A stretch of 64,000 bases of DNA from Paraphysomonas bandaiensis (lineage: Eukaryota; Protista; Chrysophyceae), in the NCBI GenBank assembly GCA_965644295.1, contig CBFFRP010000164.1, positions 1-64,000 on the forward strand. Direction: 5' to 3'. Numbering within the stretch: position 1 is the stretch's first letter; each line of letters begins with the position of its first letter. Below the pieces are notes generated by a model. It made no database searches. It was not told where the DNA came from and saw only the letters and a program-made list of their open reading frames with translations. This document shows positions 49,601 to 60,836 of this stretch, one piece after another. The position numbers and the translations under genes are program-made.

Positions 49601-50552
49601 CCTCGTATTGGTACACAGACTTCTGGACGGCCATCAGTACCTCATGAACTTGCACCATAGCCTCGTCGTAGACCGCTGCAGCCAGCAAATGCTGCTCCTT
49701 CAATCCCAGGTTTACGAACAACACACAACAACGTCGCAGTTCGTTTCCCCATTGCTCGTCCTCCGGACTGTCTCGATTAAGGTTAGGGAGGACCGCGCCT
49801 GCAACGTAGCTCTTAATTCTCGTCTCCAGCATGCGGTCCGTATCTGACATATTATTTCGCAAAGTGTTCATCTTTGAAGTTTTACGGACTAGCTTTATCT
49901 TGTTCCGACCATCCATATCAAACCGGGCATAACCATCGGGAAAAATATGATCTGCAGTGACGTACTCGCTGATAATTTTCCACACCTCCTTCGAACACAC
50001 AACCTGACCAGAGACTGATTTGTGCTCCGCACTGAAAGCCTGTATAAGCGGCTCACCCACAGCTAGGTACTCCACACGACCAAACACACCGCCCACGTGC
50101 AACACACTAACTCGACCGAATCCTATACCAATCTTAACACTCAGTTGAACGCCTTCTTCCATTAGAGATTGATCAAGATTTTCTTGAATTGCATATGCGC
50201 ACTGCGCAGCACGACGAACAGTAGTTTCCATGTCACCACTCTGACTCTCTGGCCACAGAACAATCATAGCATCTCCGGCGAACTTAAATACATCCCCACC
50301 ATCACTAGCAATGAGACGGACCATTTGACTGAAGTAAGAATTTAAATGCTTTGCTAAACCCTCCGCACCTTTGCCATTCAGCGCCATTGCCTCACTCAGC
50401 GCAGTAAATCCACTCACATCACAAAACAAGCAAACCGTTTCATATTCTTGACGCCAGGGAACAGTAGGTGTTTTCTTCTGATCACAGTCTTTGATTAGCC
50501 TGTCGACTATCAGTCCCGGCACATAACTCGCCAGACACTCGATAAATTTCAT
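43692..50552 (-). CDS. Soluble adenylyl cyclase (ADCY10-like, two class III domains) - STAND/AAA - PH - C2 - GYF-like - class I cyclic nucleotide phosphodiesterase fusion, intronless
   Basis: Cyclase: CDVSGFT, KFAGDA, NKFLMDDKG, REYTVLGDSVNLSARLM, KVKGK. NTPase: GEAGVGKT, VVIDDAH. PH: WKQRYCVV...DWVYMI. C2: VTILSARNI...DDLIG. GYF: YYCKD...QGPF...DW. PDE: NPYHNYYH, HDLDHTG, LENHH, LATDM, HTADISN. Confidence 0.95.
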   Translation of the reverse strand: MKFIECLASYVPGLIVDRLIKDCDQKKTPTVPWRQEYETVCLFCDVSGFTALSEAMALNGKGAEGLAKHLNSYFSQMVRLIASDGGDVFKFAGDAMIVLWPESQSGDMETTVRRAAQCAYAIQENLDQSLMEEGVQLSVKIGIGFGRVSVLHVGGVFGRVEYLAVGEPLIQAFSAEHKSVSGQVVCSKEVWKIISEYVTADHIFPDGYARFDMDGRNKIKLVRKTSKMNTLRNNMSDTDRMLETRIKSYVAGAVLPNLNRDSPEDEQWGNELRRCCVLFVNLGLKEQHLLAAAVYDEAMVQVHEVLMAVQKSVYQYEGSINKFLMDDKGSTLIACFGLPPVSHDDDPTRAVLASLLLCEGLYDLGLIASVGITTGDVFCGVVGGKTRREYTVLGDSVNLSARLMQKANADGGGVLCDWETKNSCNGTLNFMTLDEIKVKGKTMPVKVFRPYPMDACTTITGVKGPNIYHDIHMQQLQNAVVHRSLLSLQGMFTPTRPSHIIQSSSQSMHSPGSSLGGAERVSYAPRRQSNAMMDHMRLSAPLARPRKSILRASIAHNSGSEVLPGGEVSDAARRGSTTSFKLPVGTGATRKDMSPVQKLTSFRSLNRISGTSVEIHVLVPHNLAMDFTEAFTIRPIIASEVSDFVSLRRKVIEVATVAKALSTPVTENEIALNVSGTRFFLPDVPIKMKWLSVFYHDAKSALNDPWKFGDPIELIVCRKSELRKVQSRLALAFRTLLQAKIALVESRKSSTIIIEGEAGVGKTHMIGRFIKNTIPNTAPVYYAPASPYSLEAYGPFSMIIQQYLDSKALRGHNGCSTRTEVLRDMLQRGSYKLLCDGPLLDRALGTSLGEVLLKECRNDGDKYEDIAEEARTLLDDLSASQKTCRRLQLYYYLLYNISCEQEVIVVIDDAHRVDDESWVLILMLTLAGVRSKADTQKILGDAQLPDIGLGSPSIMLIVSLRPIAKHRSLFRGPYSVYEALAGSPGVTFLKLDGLPPEETEDLLLSKLGGNVTSISEQIITLVDQKCMGNPWMIIQLVETLQAAQPPVLVFTTLSGVDGSSLPTLNEDGSFSAGSLVAAARRGSIMTTTSSTSGVTEGGAGALNEVYVSLTEDFGLASCPLPVAIDKSYGSLLDRLSSCQQMILKTAAHIGKQFSWKSLYHCYPLSGHKYRLQREMHGLLVLGYLVEVPNLQKVVDYSQNYHFVSDFLFSLVTHRMLTEQKEKISTLVMKHKSDIEARQRKIFAEKVMPVSGMGPAFLKAGMLDIQKKVTTNFLTKNIKRRIQGGDWKQRYCVVTASTSNTPGNISLYRDKHHYSTSPATPTQVIFLRGSFVQIEPSYVQHEKEFVFRIDAQQYLKDKSCQDENRSFLFAGASEADITDWVYMIKYANELSGECDMDTEETIDIVDPASLANTTNSNAGKSDVELHVTILSARNIICPDVYGSGNCYVKGLVDGESMRSHLSFDSTEEIFFKHKFEFPLSQRQWLCSKLTISINSMDIFLTDDLIGYIDLAISDVRIVENASDSTADDSVEGTWYPLETRTRNDHSLDESQQPQCGEICVVLEAVLSPHLKESLLASDGSLDKMKSRIRTELKEEDELKSMNPVPAPAGRIGTIEDLIFLLKLADSPDSDISDDDSDNVGPGPNRYVARRMNSRSRHGGDTAAQSVQVKQAGSKLQSILRNVNNYSGEVVATAESGSVNKMWICRQLREVISDLGVSPENATTDDDMRNPFKHVLEQASTLDQQHLDWLASQYTRESTPTETAERNLILTREKSVNLKARRASVVQLQAGSPTSDMSFKRLSVSVWGENEPPVLSLAVAESGGYYCKDKEGVPQGPFTAHQIYDWMVSHQLHGQALVHHGDSEDGEYFPLAMFERSLRRIMTSTIEEWPSVAREGGHIPMSIGIFRDNNHPIRNCYSWDFDVWDLEPHELLPLSMMILSSLGLSDGFEIEATVWRCFMDKVQEFMTRHNNPYHNYYHISDVAQTCFVFVSELGAFELLRSHDILALVVGAIIHDLDHTGTNNLYHVNAKTNLAIQYNDISVLENHHCALAFKTANQPKCNIFSSLDNATYKIVRKTMISIVLATDMTCHFSLKSDVDDLVGRKFMDDMALDSRGCASTVSADNKEDTIEKVSLEDKDRETLLKAILHTADISNPAKCWKVSKKWSDLVVEEFFSQGDREKREGLPVSPNMDRNTTRQDELSVNFTDFIVAPFFLALTHIFPKLINAVTHLKTNRDEWHSMVVQRLQSSEDAGSVAVEESIAKWEKRREGFADTVDPVVAKAQSKLRG

Positions 50553-51012
50553 ACTCTCTAAGTAATATCTCGTCTACCAGTAAGTAACATACATGAACAT
50601 GATAAGATGAGTATAAAATTAATCTGTTATCTATCTAATGCTTTATATTTATTGCTCTTATATTTGAAAGATGGATCTTTGATTGTGTGTATATGTTACA
50701 TAATCAACAATACCAACATATACATATACATATACATATATATATATACTGCTATACATCATGAATTTTAGATATAGCAACAGACGTATATATATCCTGG
50801 CTATATGCATGCCCCATGGTACAAGTGTACGTGTTTTTTAGTGTTGAAATTTTTTGACAATATATCTAATATACAAAAACTGAAATTATATTGATGTGAC
50901 GATTCAAGATATATAAATGGAATGTGGTTGTTGCTGAGTGTGTATTTAGGTAACAAAAAGGTGAATATGATAAAGAGGAATTGTGGTTAGCCAATACATA
51001 ATATACTTGACA

Positions 51013-51609
<597 letters not shown>

Positions 51610-51988
51610 ACTAGTTCCATCTGCTGCCTTCTTGTTATGCTAACTAAATAACTACTCCATTGCTCATTTAGCGCAGTTACTACAAAACACCGAAGAGTAT
51701 TTGCTTATATAACCACTAGGAAACGCTTCAATGAGCTAGTAACTTTGTTAAGAGATTTCTTGTACAGATTTTGCTGTCGCACTCGTGCCTAAAATAGACG
51801 TGTCCTTGCATAGTATCATGAACACTACAATCTAGTTCAGATCGAGGGTGCAAGTATATGTAATAGCTGTAGAAATCAAACAGTTATAGTATGAGGAGTA
51901 AGACAAAAACAACTGTAAAGTAGTAATTGCATGAGTAATACGTTCTGACCATTGAAATAAGCTAGGAAACAGTATAACAATATATATA

Positions 51989-52123
51989 TCAGGGATAGAG
52001 AAAACTATATTGTTAGATAGCTTTCCATCAATGGTATTGATGGACTTTTTAAACCGGTCCTACAATACTATTGCAATATATTGTATGGTATATATCAATT
52101 CAATATATTGTTCCCTAGCCATG
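51989..52123. mobile_element. Small MITE-like relic; related termini at ~9601-9630 and ~56532-56570
   Basis: CAGGGATAGAGAAAACTATATTG / CAATATATTGTTCCCTAGCCATG imperfect inverted repeats. Confidence 0.45.
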
Positions 52124-53644
52124 AAGCAAGTTAACTGTACTCTGATATCAACTGCAATTTTATAACTTGACCTTTGAACTTTGGATTAGCTTCACTATTC
52201 ACTATCAACAATTTACAATCATATTAAATATATTTCATAAGAACACTTTATCATAAACTATTTTACAAATACAAAACTGTACTCATCACTATAGATATTT
52301 TTGTGGAAGCCCACGTTCCAAAAATCAAGCTAGAATCAAATTAAAACCCTAATATTTTAGCTGGCTTAACCATAGTCTATGACATTGTGTCATACCAATC
52401 TACGTCACTAAGAGGAATAGTTTGCAATAATTTGCTCACAGATAATCTTTTTTGGATTCTTCTGGTATATAACTCAACAAAGTGATTTCGTAAAATGTAT
52501 CAACAGTCTGCACACCAGTATAGATATAGTGCTACAGTTTGAATGGTCTCACCCGATGATACTTCATGTCTCTATGTTTCGAACACGTATGATAGACCAC
52601 AAATTCAAATTATGCTTGCGGTGCAATTGCAGAAAAATAGACAGCTGCTGACATCACCGACAGTCCCTATCAAATCAAGATCAGAACATCCTGGTATTTA
52701 CCTGCTACCCAATAACACAGAAAATGTTTTCAACTGGCTTACTAAGGCAACAATTCGATGGCATCTTAAACTCAACAAGGAGTGCAGTCGTTCACATCTT
52801 ATGAATCTCTTTTCGCATATGAAATTTAATCTACACTCAGGATTCGCTCTAACTTGAAATCTACAGCAATCGTATGTCAACTGAATGGACACTCGAACCA
52901 GCTGTACTAGGCAAAAGGTTCGCTTTCCCCAGTAAATGCGCTAAACAATCCTAATATAAATTTTGCAAATGGATCAATAGTCATACTGCACCGGGCCAAC
53001 CTCCATTTTTTATTACTCTGACCGCAATACTACTCCATGGTGAATGTGAACATGCCACTGGATCACATCACCCAACTCAAAACATACTGCATGAGAGACT
53101 TGTGGACAAATTATATGATCCCAACTCGGGAGGAACATTCTAACGCTTACGTGATCGTTTTCCCATAAAGCATAATATGAGTTTCTAAACGAGAGTTTCA
53201 ACAGATGGGGTCTCTTCCGTTGAAGGAGAGTTCATACAATGTATGTAGCTTGTGGTAGGGAGTTTTGTCGTGGCTGGACACCTATGATAAGGTTTTAAAG
53301 AGTCACAAGCGCCTCATTATTAAGGTTTCCGACACAATATCGTTTGAGGAATAGTATGACAGTCGGTATCCATCACCACAACAGTTAAAATATTCATGGT
53401 ACTGAACGGTACACCATCTTCATGATGTCGCTCCACGGATGTGGTGGTACGTTCGTAGATACAGAGTGAAATGCAGGCAGGAAAAATCTTGTACTCTTCT
53501 TTGGTATACTGAGCGGGTATACCGTATACCATACACATATACACAGTACAGCAGTATAAGACTCTGCCTGTATGTACATAGACACATATATAGAGAGGTC
53601 ATTAAAGCATAGTGAGAGCACAGAAATTAATACAAGTAGACATT

Positions 53645-54775
53645 ATGAGCCTCATGGTGGGTCATGTAAATATATGTAATGATAGTTATGAAGATCTTAT
53701 ATTTGTTTTCTTTTCATTTACGGACACTATTCAAGCATTTCCACTGGCTAAAGAGAAGATATCATCACGAGTAGAGAAACCAGTTAGAATACAGCCCACT
53801 GATGTGGAAACAGGGTACTATATGCATGTACATCGGCCTGGCTTCATTGGTCTAATCAGCCCACGCACGCGGCTATCAGCTGGATATGGTTTTTTAGTTC
53901 ACGCAGGCGAAAGATATCATGTCGATATTGCGGATCGCGATGAATTGGGTAACTGTTGTATTGTTGCTACTGAAGGTGAAAATGACCATTTGGATTATCT
54001 CTCTTCGAAGCCATATAGTATTGGAGATATGATTATCAGGCCAACAGCGAAAATGTTGAAACAGGCGATTCATTTTTCTAACCTGAAACTCGACCAGTAT
54101 ATATACCGAGACTACCTTGCTCGACGCCAATCCCAAAGTTCTTCATCTCATGAGACAGCAGATTTTGCGGGAGGTGATTCTTCTATGACTACACCGTCTG
54201 TTACACCGGACCCGATTCCCGAAAGAGAACTTTGGGGTGTGTTCTTTGACCAGGTCTACCAAGCAGGCCTAATAGCACTACAGACGGAGAACTTCATAAG
54301 TTTTGATGATGTAGGGTTCCAAGAACCTTTCCTTTTTATTGGTCTACCAGCACTTTCACTGTTCAACACCATCATTCGCTCTCTACCAGAGCATCAAGGA
54401 CTTCGGCTAGTTGATGGACGTTTGGTCGTGTACGACACTTGTCCAGAAGCCTTCAAAGATATGTTTTCAATGCTATGTGCCACAAAAGAAAAGCTGAAGC
54501 ACACCTCACCTTTATCGGAAGATGAAAAACGGTGGATGCGTCAAGTTTTGCTTTATGCTAGCTCCTCGAAAGATATCCAAGGTATATTTTGTGTAGAACG
54601 GTAATGCTTTTCGTGTCTAATATTGGCGTCTCAAGGAGGAGAAGCAATACCTATTGGCAGGCAAAATGAACTTCGGAAAGCATTCTCGCATCTTGTCGGT
54701 GTGTCAACTCAGCTCACTCAACAGTGCTATTTCAAAGAGAACTTCTTGGCAGTTTTGGAACATTTAGAGAGTTGA
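53645..54775 (+). CDS. Hypothetical protein (intron 54582-54635)
   Basis: Long ORF plus a spliced last exon. The C-terminal LWGVFF...LFIGLPALSL...RQNEL... region resembles, from memory, the C-terminal domain of plant At3g27390-like proteins. Confidence 0.75.
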
Positions 54776-54947
54776 AGATGCCAATGTTAGGTTGAAAGTG
54801 TATATATATTGAAGGCAGTAGTGTTTATATAATTTCTTCAGCCACTATATTTTAATGATTTTTGTTATAGCTGGTCCACATAGTTGCTAAGTTTAACACT
54901 AAAATTTATATATGGTTTAAGCCAATCATGCGCCATATATGGATGAG

Positions 54948-55351
54948 TAGTGAATGTCTGATTATTAGCAATAAGCTCCCACATACAGAACTAATATAGC
55001 AAAACAGTTTAACTAAGTAGTGCATAACTCTGATATCCTACTATTTAGCACTACGAAAGCTGCTTGGTATCGCCGCAAGCACCAAGGTGCAACCACTTTC
55101 GCCCTCTGTCCTTAAGGTGAACTAGCCCGGATCATTGACTTCAGTAGGCAGCCAAATACCTCGGACGCCCTTGAGGTGGGCCCATTCCGAATAAATATTA
55201 TTCGTCAAGGCCCAAAGACGTCTACATTAGTGACACTAATTAGTGTCTCTTACTTGTACCACACAAGCACTTGGCTATGAGTGAATTTTCTTCTAGCCAC
55301 TAATTGATGCAAGGTCTCAACGCCTATTGCTAAATAATCAGACATTCACTA
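54948..55351. mobile_element. MITE, ~400 bp
   Basis: ~26-bp TIRs TAGTGAATGTCTGATTATTAGCAATA / TATTGCTAAATAATCAGACATTCACTA. The terminal TA may be the TSD. Confidence 0.8.
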
Positions 55352-56944
55352 TATGAGTGGATAGAACGATAGAACAACATCTGCTGACTATATATCTATA
55401 TATGCGCTTCACTTAGTTTCACGGAGAAATATCTACGGCACTTATCCCTCAGAAAACCACTAAAAGTTGCAAGTCCGACTTTGTTGAGGGTCTATGGATG
55501 TATCGCTCTTCACATACCTTTAGTATATTTCATTAATATTTTATATCTAAATATGTCCCTAAATATGTCCACAGTGTAGGCCAGAGTTGGGGTATAATGT
55601 TAAAAAGTATTCTATCCGCTTTCTCCCTCTACCACGACTTCCTTACATTGGAGAAGGTATTATTAAATATATTCAAAGTAGTCAAATTATATCATTACAC
55701 TAATTCTAGTAGAACTACCTCTTCAAGCATATAAAAATAAGCATATTCACAAATTAATTAAGGATTAGAGTAATAATATGCATGGTGTGCAGATGAACTA
55801 GGTATTTATAATAAGTATTGAGATTAGCTAGATAATTCGATACACAGAGTTCTATAGCTGAAACTAGCTTATAAAAGAACAGGATTAACTTATTGAGCAA
55901 ATATTGGCTACAGTTTAGAATCTATGAATTATAACCGCTTGTCACAAAAAGTTTTATTGAAGCTTAATAGTGTGCTATGTGATATTGAATAGAGTGACTA
56001 GTGACTGGTGTATAAGATTGTAACTGTCTAACATTGTAAAGTATTCATTGCGGACTGTGTAGTCAATACTAGTAACAAGTATTAAGACTCACTAATTTAC
56101 TACGTCAATAACATATATATAAAATGCATGTGCTTACAACAGGGTACAATGAAATAACAATTGTCGGAATTATCATCAGACTGTATAAGATACGTAAATG
56201 TGCACGAAATGCTATTATGAGATTGATTCTAGTGCTCCTTCATGTTTTACCGTCATACTATTAGGCTCTACTTTTTATGTAAAGTCTCTTTATTTTCTCT
56301 TTAACTAATACAAAGGGTATAATTCATTGAATATTACAACTAGCTATCAGAAATCTTAGTTACAAATTGCAATGAATAGCGGGAAAATGGTAATATTAAC
56401 CGAATATTAATCAATTGAGTTTGACGTTAACCGCATTCAGTTAACTTATTATAAGTGTCGAAATAGCTCCAAACAGTCAGTGCGCAGTGCCGCGTATACA
56501 GAAAACTTTCGAAATGAAATATAGTGTGTAGCAGGGATAGGGAACAATATATTGTATTGCAATATATTGTAAAATATATTGATTGGTGGACTGGTCTACA
56601 CTACATTATATATTGATTACTACACTGTGTAGTATGTAGACATCTGAAACTGACGCCAGGTAGAATTTTACGTAGTGATCCATCTGTACTTGATTGTGGC
56701 ACAGTGAGTTAATTGATTACCAAGAAGGACGGTTCTTAAAAAGTACAACGAAGTGTCATGCATGGCACCTGTTAGAACATAAAAATGTATCAATAAAAGC
56801 CTCAGGGGCTACTACTCTTAAGATTACAATTAAAATACTTACAGCTTGATTATTGTATGCTACGAAAATCACCATTATGACAGTCATACATAATTCATAA
56901 CAATAAACAAGTCTTTTAACGTGATATATATATCGAAATTTAGT

Positions 56945-57211
56945 TTAAAAGACGAAAGATTTAGAGGTTGGTGTTGAAGGGAATGTACAAGTAGGTGATG
57001 GTGCAGTGGACGGAGATGGAAGGCAGGGGCAGGACTTAACTTCTGCGAGATTAACGCGAGACTTCACTTGCGGGGGAGATTTTGTACTGCGGTCACCACT
57101 TGATGTGGAATTCATGATGTTACGTTGATTCTGCATTATCAGCGCGTACTTCTTCTCGGGGACTGATGGCGAACCCTCCTCCTTGCTCGACGGGTTATCT
57201 TTATTTTTCAT
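56945..57211 (-). CDS. Small hypothetical Ser/Pro/Thr-rich protein
   Basis: 88-aa ATG ORF with coding-like GC in an AT-rich context, head-to-head with the gene at 57657. Confidence 0.45.
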   Translation of the reverse strand: MKNKDNPSSKEEGSPSVPEKKYALIMQNQRNIMNSTSSGDRSTKSPPQVKSRVNLAEVKSCPCLPSPSTAPSPTCTFPSTPTSKSFVF

Positions 57212-57656
57212 CGTTTATGTCTTATATCCCATTGGCAAAACAGACATTAAAGTAGTGATTGATGGGAAAAGTATGTTGGATAAATGCGACTGTTGTTCCA
57301 TCTCCTGCTGTTCTCCATATGTTGCAACCGTATGCATATATACACCAGTACGTACCACATACGATGCTTCAATGTCACAGGGACACCAATATATGGTATA
57401 CCAGTATATACCGTATGTATACTGTATATGAAACGACATTCAATGGATTGTATTGTAATCGGTATTCTACGTATTAATGTATGGTATGTATGGTGTGCAG
57501 TATATATGTATACCTATACGTGTATATGGGTATATGGCATGTTTGGTATCTGTGTTTATATGTGTAGATAGAAGGTTGTGGTGGCTGGAAGTAGTCAGTC
57601 AGTTCATATCGTTTACTTGTTTGTATTGAATAATATTGTATTCGTATAGTAATTGA

Positions 57657-58385
57657 ATGATTACAATGCGCAGTCTTATGAGAGGAAACTTTATCTTTCG
57701 AAAGATTGAGTCAGTGCCTATAAGACTAACCCACACGAGATCGTTGCCACGACTACAAGTTGTCATGGATATTGACGAGTGTATGATTCATACTGTAGAT
57801 ATGGCAGGCTATTACCGTCAAAATGAAGATAGAAAGGAAGGAGTCAGTAGAATAATTGAAGGTATTGACTCGCATGTACTGAAATGTGAAGACGGTGTTG
57901 AAGCTATAGTTCATCATAGACCTGGTCTACTTGATTATCTTCGAATGATCAGTGAGTTTACGGATGTATACGCATTTACTGCGGCAATGCCTGTATATGC
58001 GCGTCCATTGATAAAGCATTTGGACCCCGACCAAAGTATATTTAAAAACGTTTGGTACAGAGAATCGTGTACGAAGATTAAAATTCCTGAAGGAGAATTT
58101 TACACTAAGGATCTTGCCAAAGCTATGGGGGAAGTGTTTAATGACAAACGTACAATTTTGGTTGATAACAATATATTATCATTTATTCCACAGCCCATGA
58201 ATGGAATTCCAGTACCATGCTTTTACGATAACCCTAACGACTTCGTACTTGCAACTGTTCACAGTGTTTTGCAGACGCTGGACAATGAAAGTGATGTAAA
58301 GCCTCTACTGCACCAGGCATATAGAGTACGTACAAGAATAGATTCGATACCAGAAATTAGAGAGCTTTGGCAACAGTCACAGTAA
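57657..58385 (+). CDS. FCP1/NIF-domain (HAD, CTD small phosphatase-like) protein, probable mitochondrial presequence
   Basis: VVMDIDECMIHT, RPGL, FTAAMPVYA, YRESC, YTKDL, ILVDNN, PMNGIP. Confidence 0.92.
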   Translation: MITMRSLMRGNFIFRKIESVPIRLTHTRSLPRLQVVMDIDECMIHTVDMAGYYRQNEDRKEGVSRIIEGIDSHVLKCEDGVEAIVHHRPGLLDYLRMISEFTDVYAFTAAMPVYARPLIKHLDPDQSIFKNVWYRESCTKIKIPEGEFYTKDLAKAMGEVFNDKRTILVDNNILSFIPQPMNGIPVPCFYDNPNDFVLATVHSVLQTLDNESDVKPLLHQAYRVRTRIDSIPEIRELWQQSQ

Positions 58386-60836
58386 TTATGTTTGCATATC
58401 TGAGTGATAATAATATTATTTAGTTTACACTTTACACATCACTGTTTATTGATGAAGCAAGGATCACATAGATATATTTTATTGTGGAAGTTACATATAG
58501 ACTATCACCAACTGCACTGGAATTATATTTTATAGAATATTCTATATACCATATATAATTCCAAACCATTTTACTATGAGCAATGACATGGATGGATATA
58601 TATTGAAAGTCTTTAGCAATAGGCGTTAAAAATCTGCACCAGCTTAGTGGCTAGATGGGCAAACTAGTCAAGCTAGACAAGCATCTACCATTTACTAACT
58701 AGTGTAAACTCTTGTACGCTACGAGAACTATGTAGGGGCGTTGAACAACGTACACTGCCTACTGCCTACAGCATGACAAGTGAAAGCAGTGATCTAAGTC
58801 AACTACTGCCACACTGGAATGCTTAAGACTACACATACATTTTGTGCAGTTTGCATCTGGGACTTCCTTATGTGCCTCACGGCAACCAGGGGAAGCAGCG
58901 ATATACCATATATAATTCCAAACCATTGTCCTATGAGCAATGATATGTATGTATAAGTGTATATGCATAATGCATACGGTAACGTTTAAAATCAAATATT
59001 GCTTCACTGCACAAACTCACCGGAAGGTACGAATAATCAATCCGAAGGCAATGAAGTACCCCAAAAATGTCGACATCAATCTGATAACTGTTAATGATTG
59101 ATCATGAGTTACGTGCGATCATGATCAATAGAACATAACATGACATACATAATAGGCAGAGCGTACTGATCTAAACTTACCTGCTCTATTCATAAGAAAG
59201 CCGACTAAGCATATACATATGTTTTTATAATAATACATATTATGTGTGGTGGTGTACCCTATGCCCCTGCACACACAACCAGTAAGAAGAATCCACACTA
59301 CAATACACATACCATACACATGCAATACCATACAATGCGCTTACCAAGCAATGGATACCAACGAGCACGAGCAGAAGCCCCCAGCTGCTCCACAAGCACC
59401 ATGTTCAACACGACCCCGGCTTCCGGCCTACGTGCAGCAGCTATACATACTAGAGGTGCGGGGAGTGCTGGCATGGATTGGGTAGCATATATAGCAACGT
59501 AGTCTGTCTAGGGTATTTATGGAGAGTATAGATAGTATATAAATTATATAAAGAAATAAGATAGATATTTTTATTTAGTAATATTCAGCTTAGATAGCTA
59601 AATTATTTCATACGATTGTTGGGTATTGTATTAAAGCTGAGGATCTGCTGATGCTATTTATTTCACTGATATGCCTATCTTTCTCTACCTATCATAATCG
59701 AACATAGGGCAACACGGTCAGCCATCGCGCCGCTTCTCATATGTAATGTACTCATGTATATGTTAAGAGGTACAGTACATATCTGACTATATAAATTGTT
59801 AAAAAGAATCAGGATATATATTCAGGACTCTTCCAAACAGTTATATTATTTTTTTATTTATTGACAATGAGTTTGATTTCATTTGCATTAACTTTTGTAC
59901 TCTCTAAACTTAACTGATATTTTACGAGTATAAGCATTTATAGCATTTTTTATCCTAGATATATGTATGTGCTTGAAAAAGTAGATGCGCAGTGAAATAT
60001 TGATTATAAATGTACAATATGCTTACGGACATACAATCTATGATAACACGTATCCAATATCTTCAAATAAAAGAGCTCAAAATCCTCCAGACTTTGATTT
60101 TGAAAACATTCGTTCAATATTATAGGCCCACCTTCAATCCTTGGAAGTATTGAATGCTTAACGTTTCATAGATCATGTATGTTTCACTAACATGTAAGAG
60201 AGCAAGAATGGCTTTACTACTATACATGTATGATGAATGCACTGGAACTGTATAGTATATTATTTTCCAAATCACAAACCAACTCTACGTGTTATATTAT
60301 TTAGACACCACTACGACATACTGTCATGGAATGTTGAAAGCAAACTCGTAGAGTAATACAGTAATACTATTCCTTTATCAGGCACAGAAATAATGTGGAT
60401 GCTTCAACCACTCGTTGATGTGCATCTAATTTCTATGTAAATTAAATTATATAATACTATTCACTATACAGCCATGCAGTGTTGTTTCATAAGATTTGTC
60501 AGATACGTATATACGCTATGTTGTATAAGGGCGTAGTAACGAAGTGATTGTTGCCAACGAGCGCAGAGTATGCTATAGCACTTGAGATACACACCACAAA
60601 GTGGTTTGCTACCGCAATGTGAATTATGCTCAGCAGTACTCAATTACAAAATACGCACAATGATATTAATTATTCCATATTCGTTGAGTAAGCTATATTT
60701 ATTACAGCGACCGCCAGATATCAAGGAATGGAGGCAGCATATATTTTTATATGAGTATACCAAGAGTTCGATCATAAAACGATAAAATAGTATGTGCTAA
60801 CATGCATTGCGAACAACTCAGTTCTCGCAAAAAGAA

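Noticed and set aside
52543-53400. Possible gene between RPS16 and 53645
   Set aside because: Only short ORFs on both strands and no consistent model.
58545-58960. ~50-bp direct repeat pair (58545, 58902) around a hairpin-like segment related to ~29620
   Set aside because: Probably MITE debris; termini and TSD not definable.
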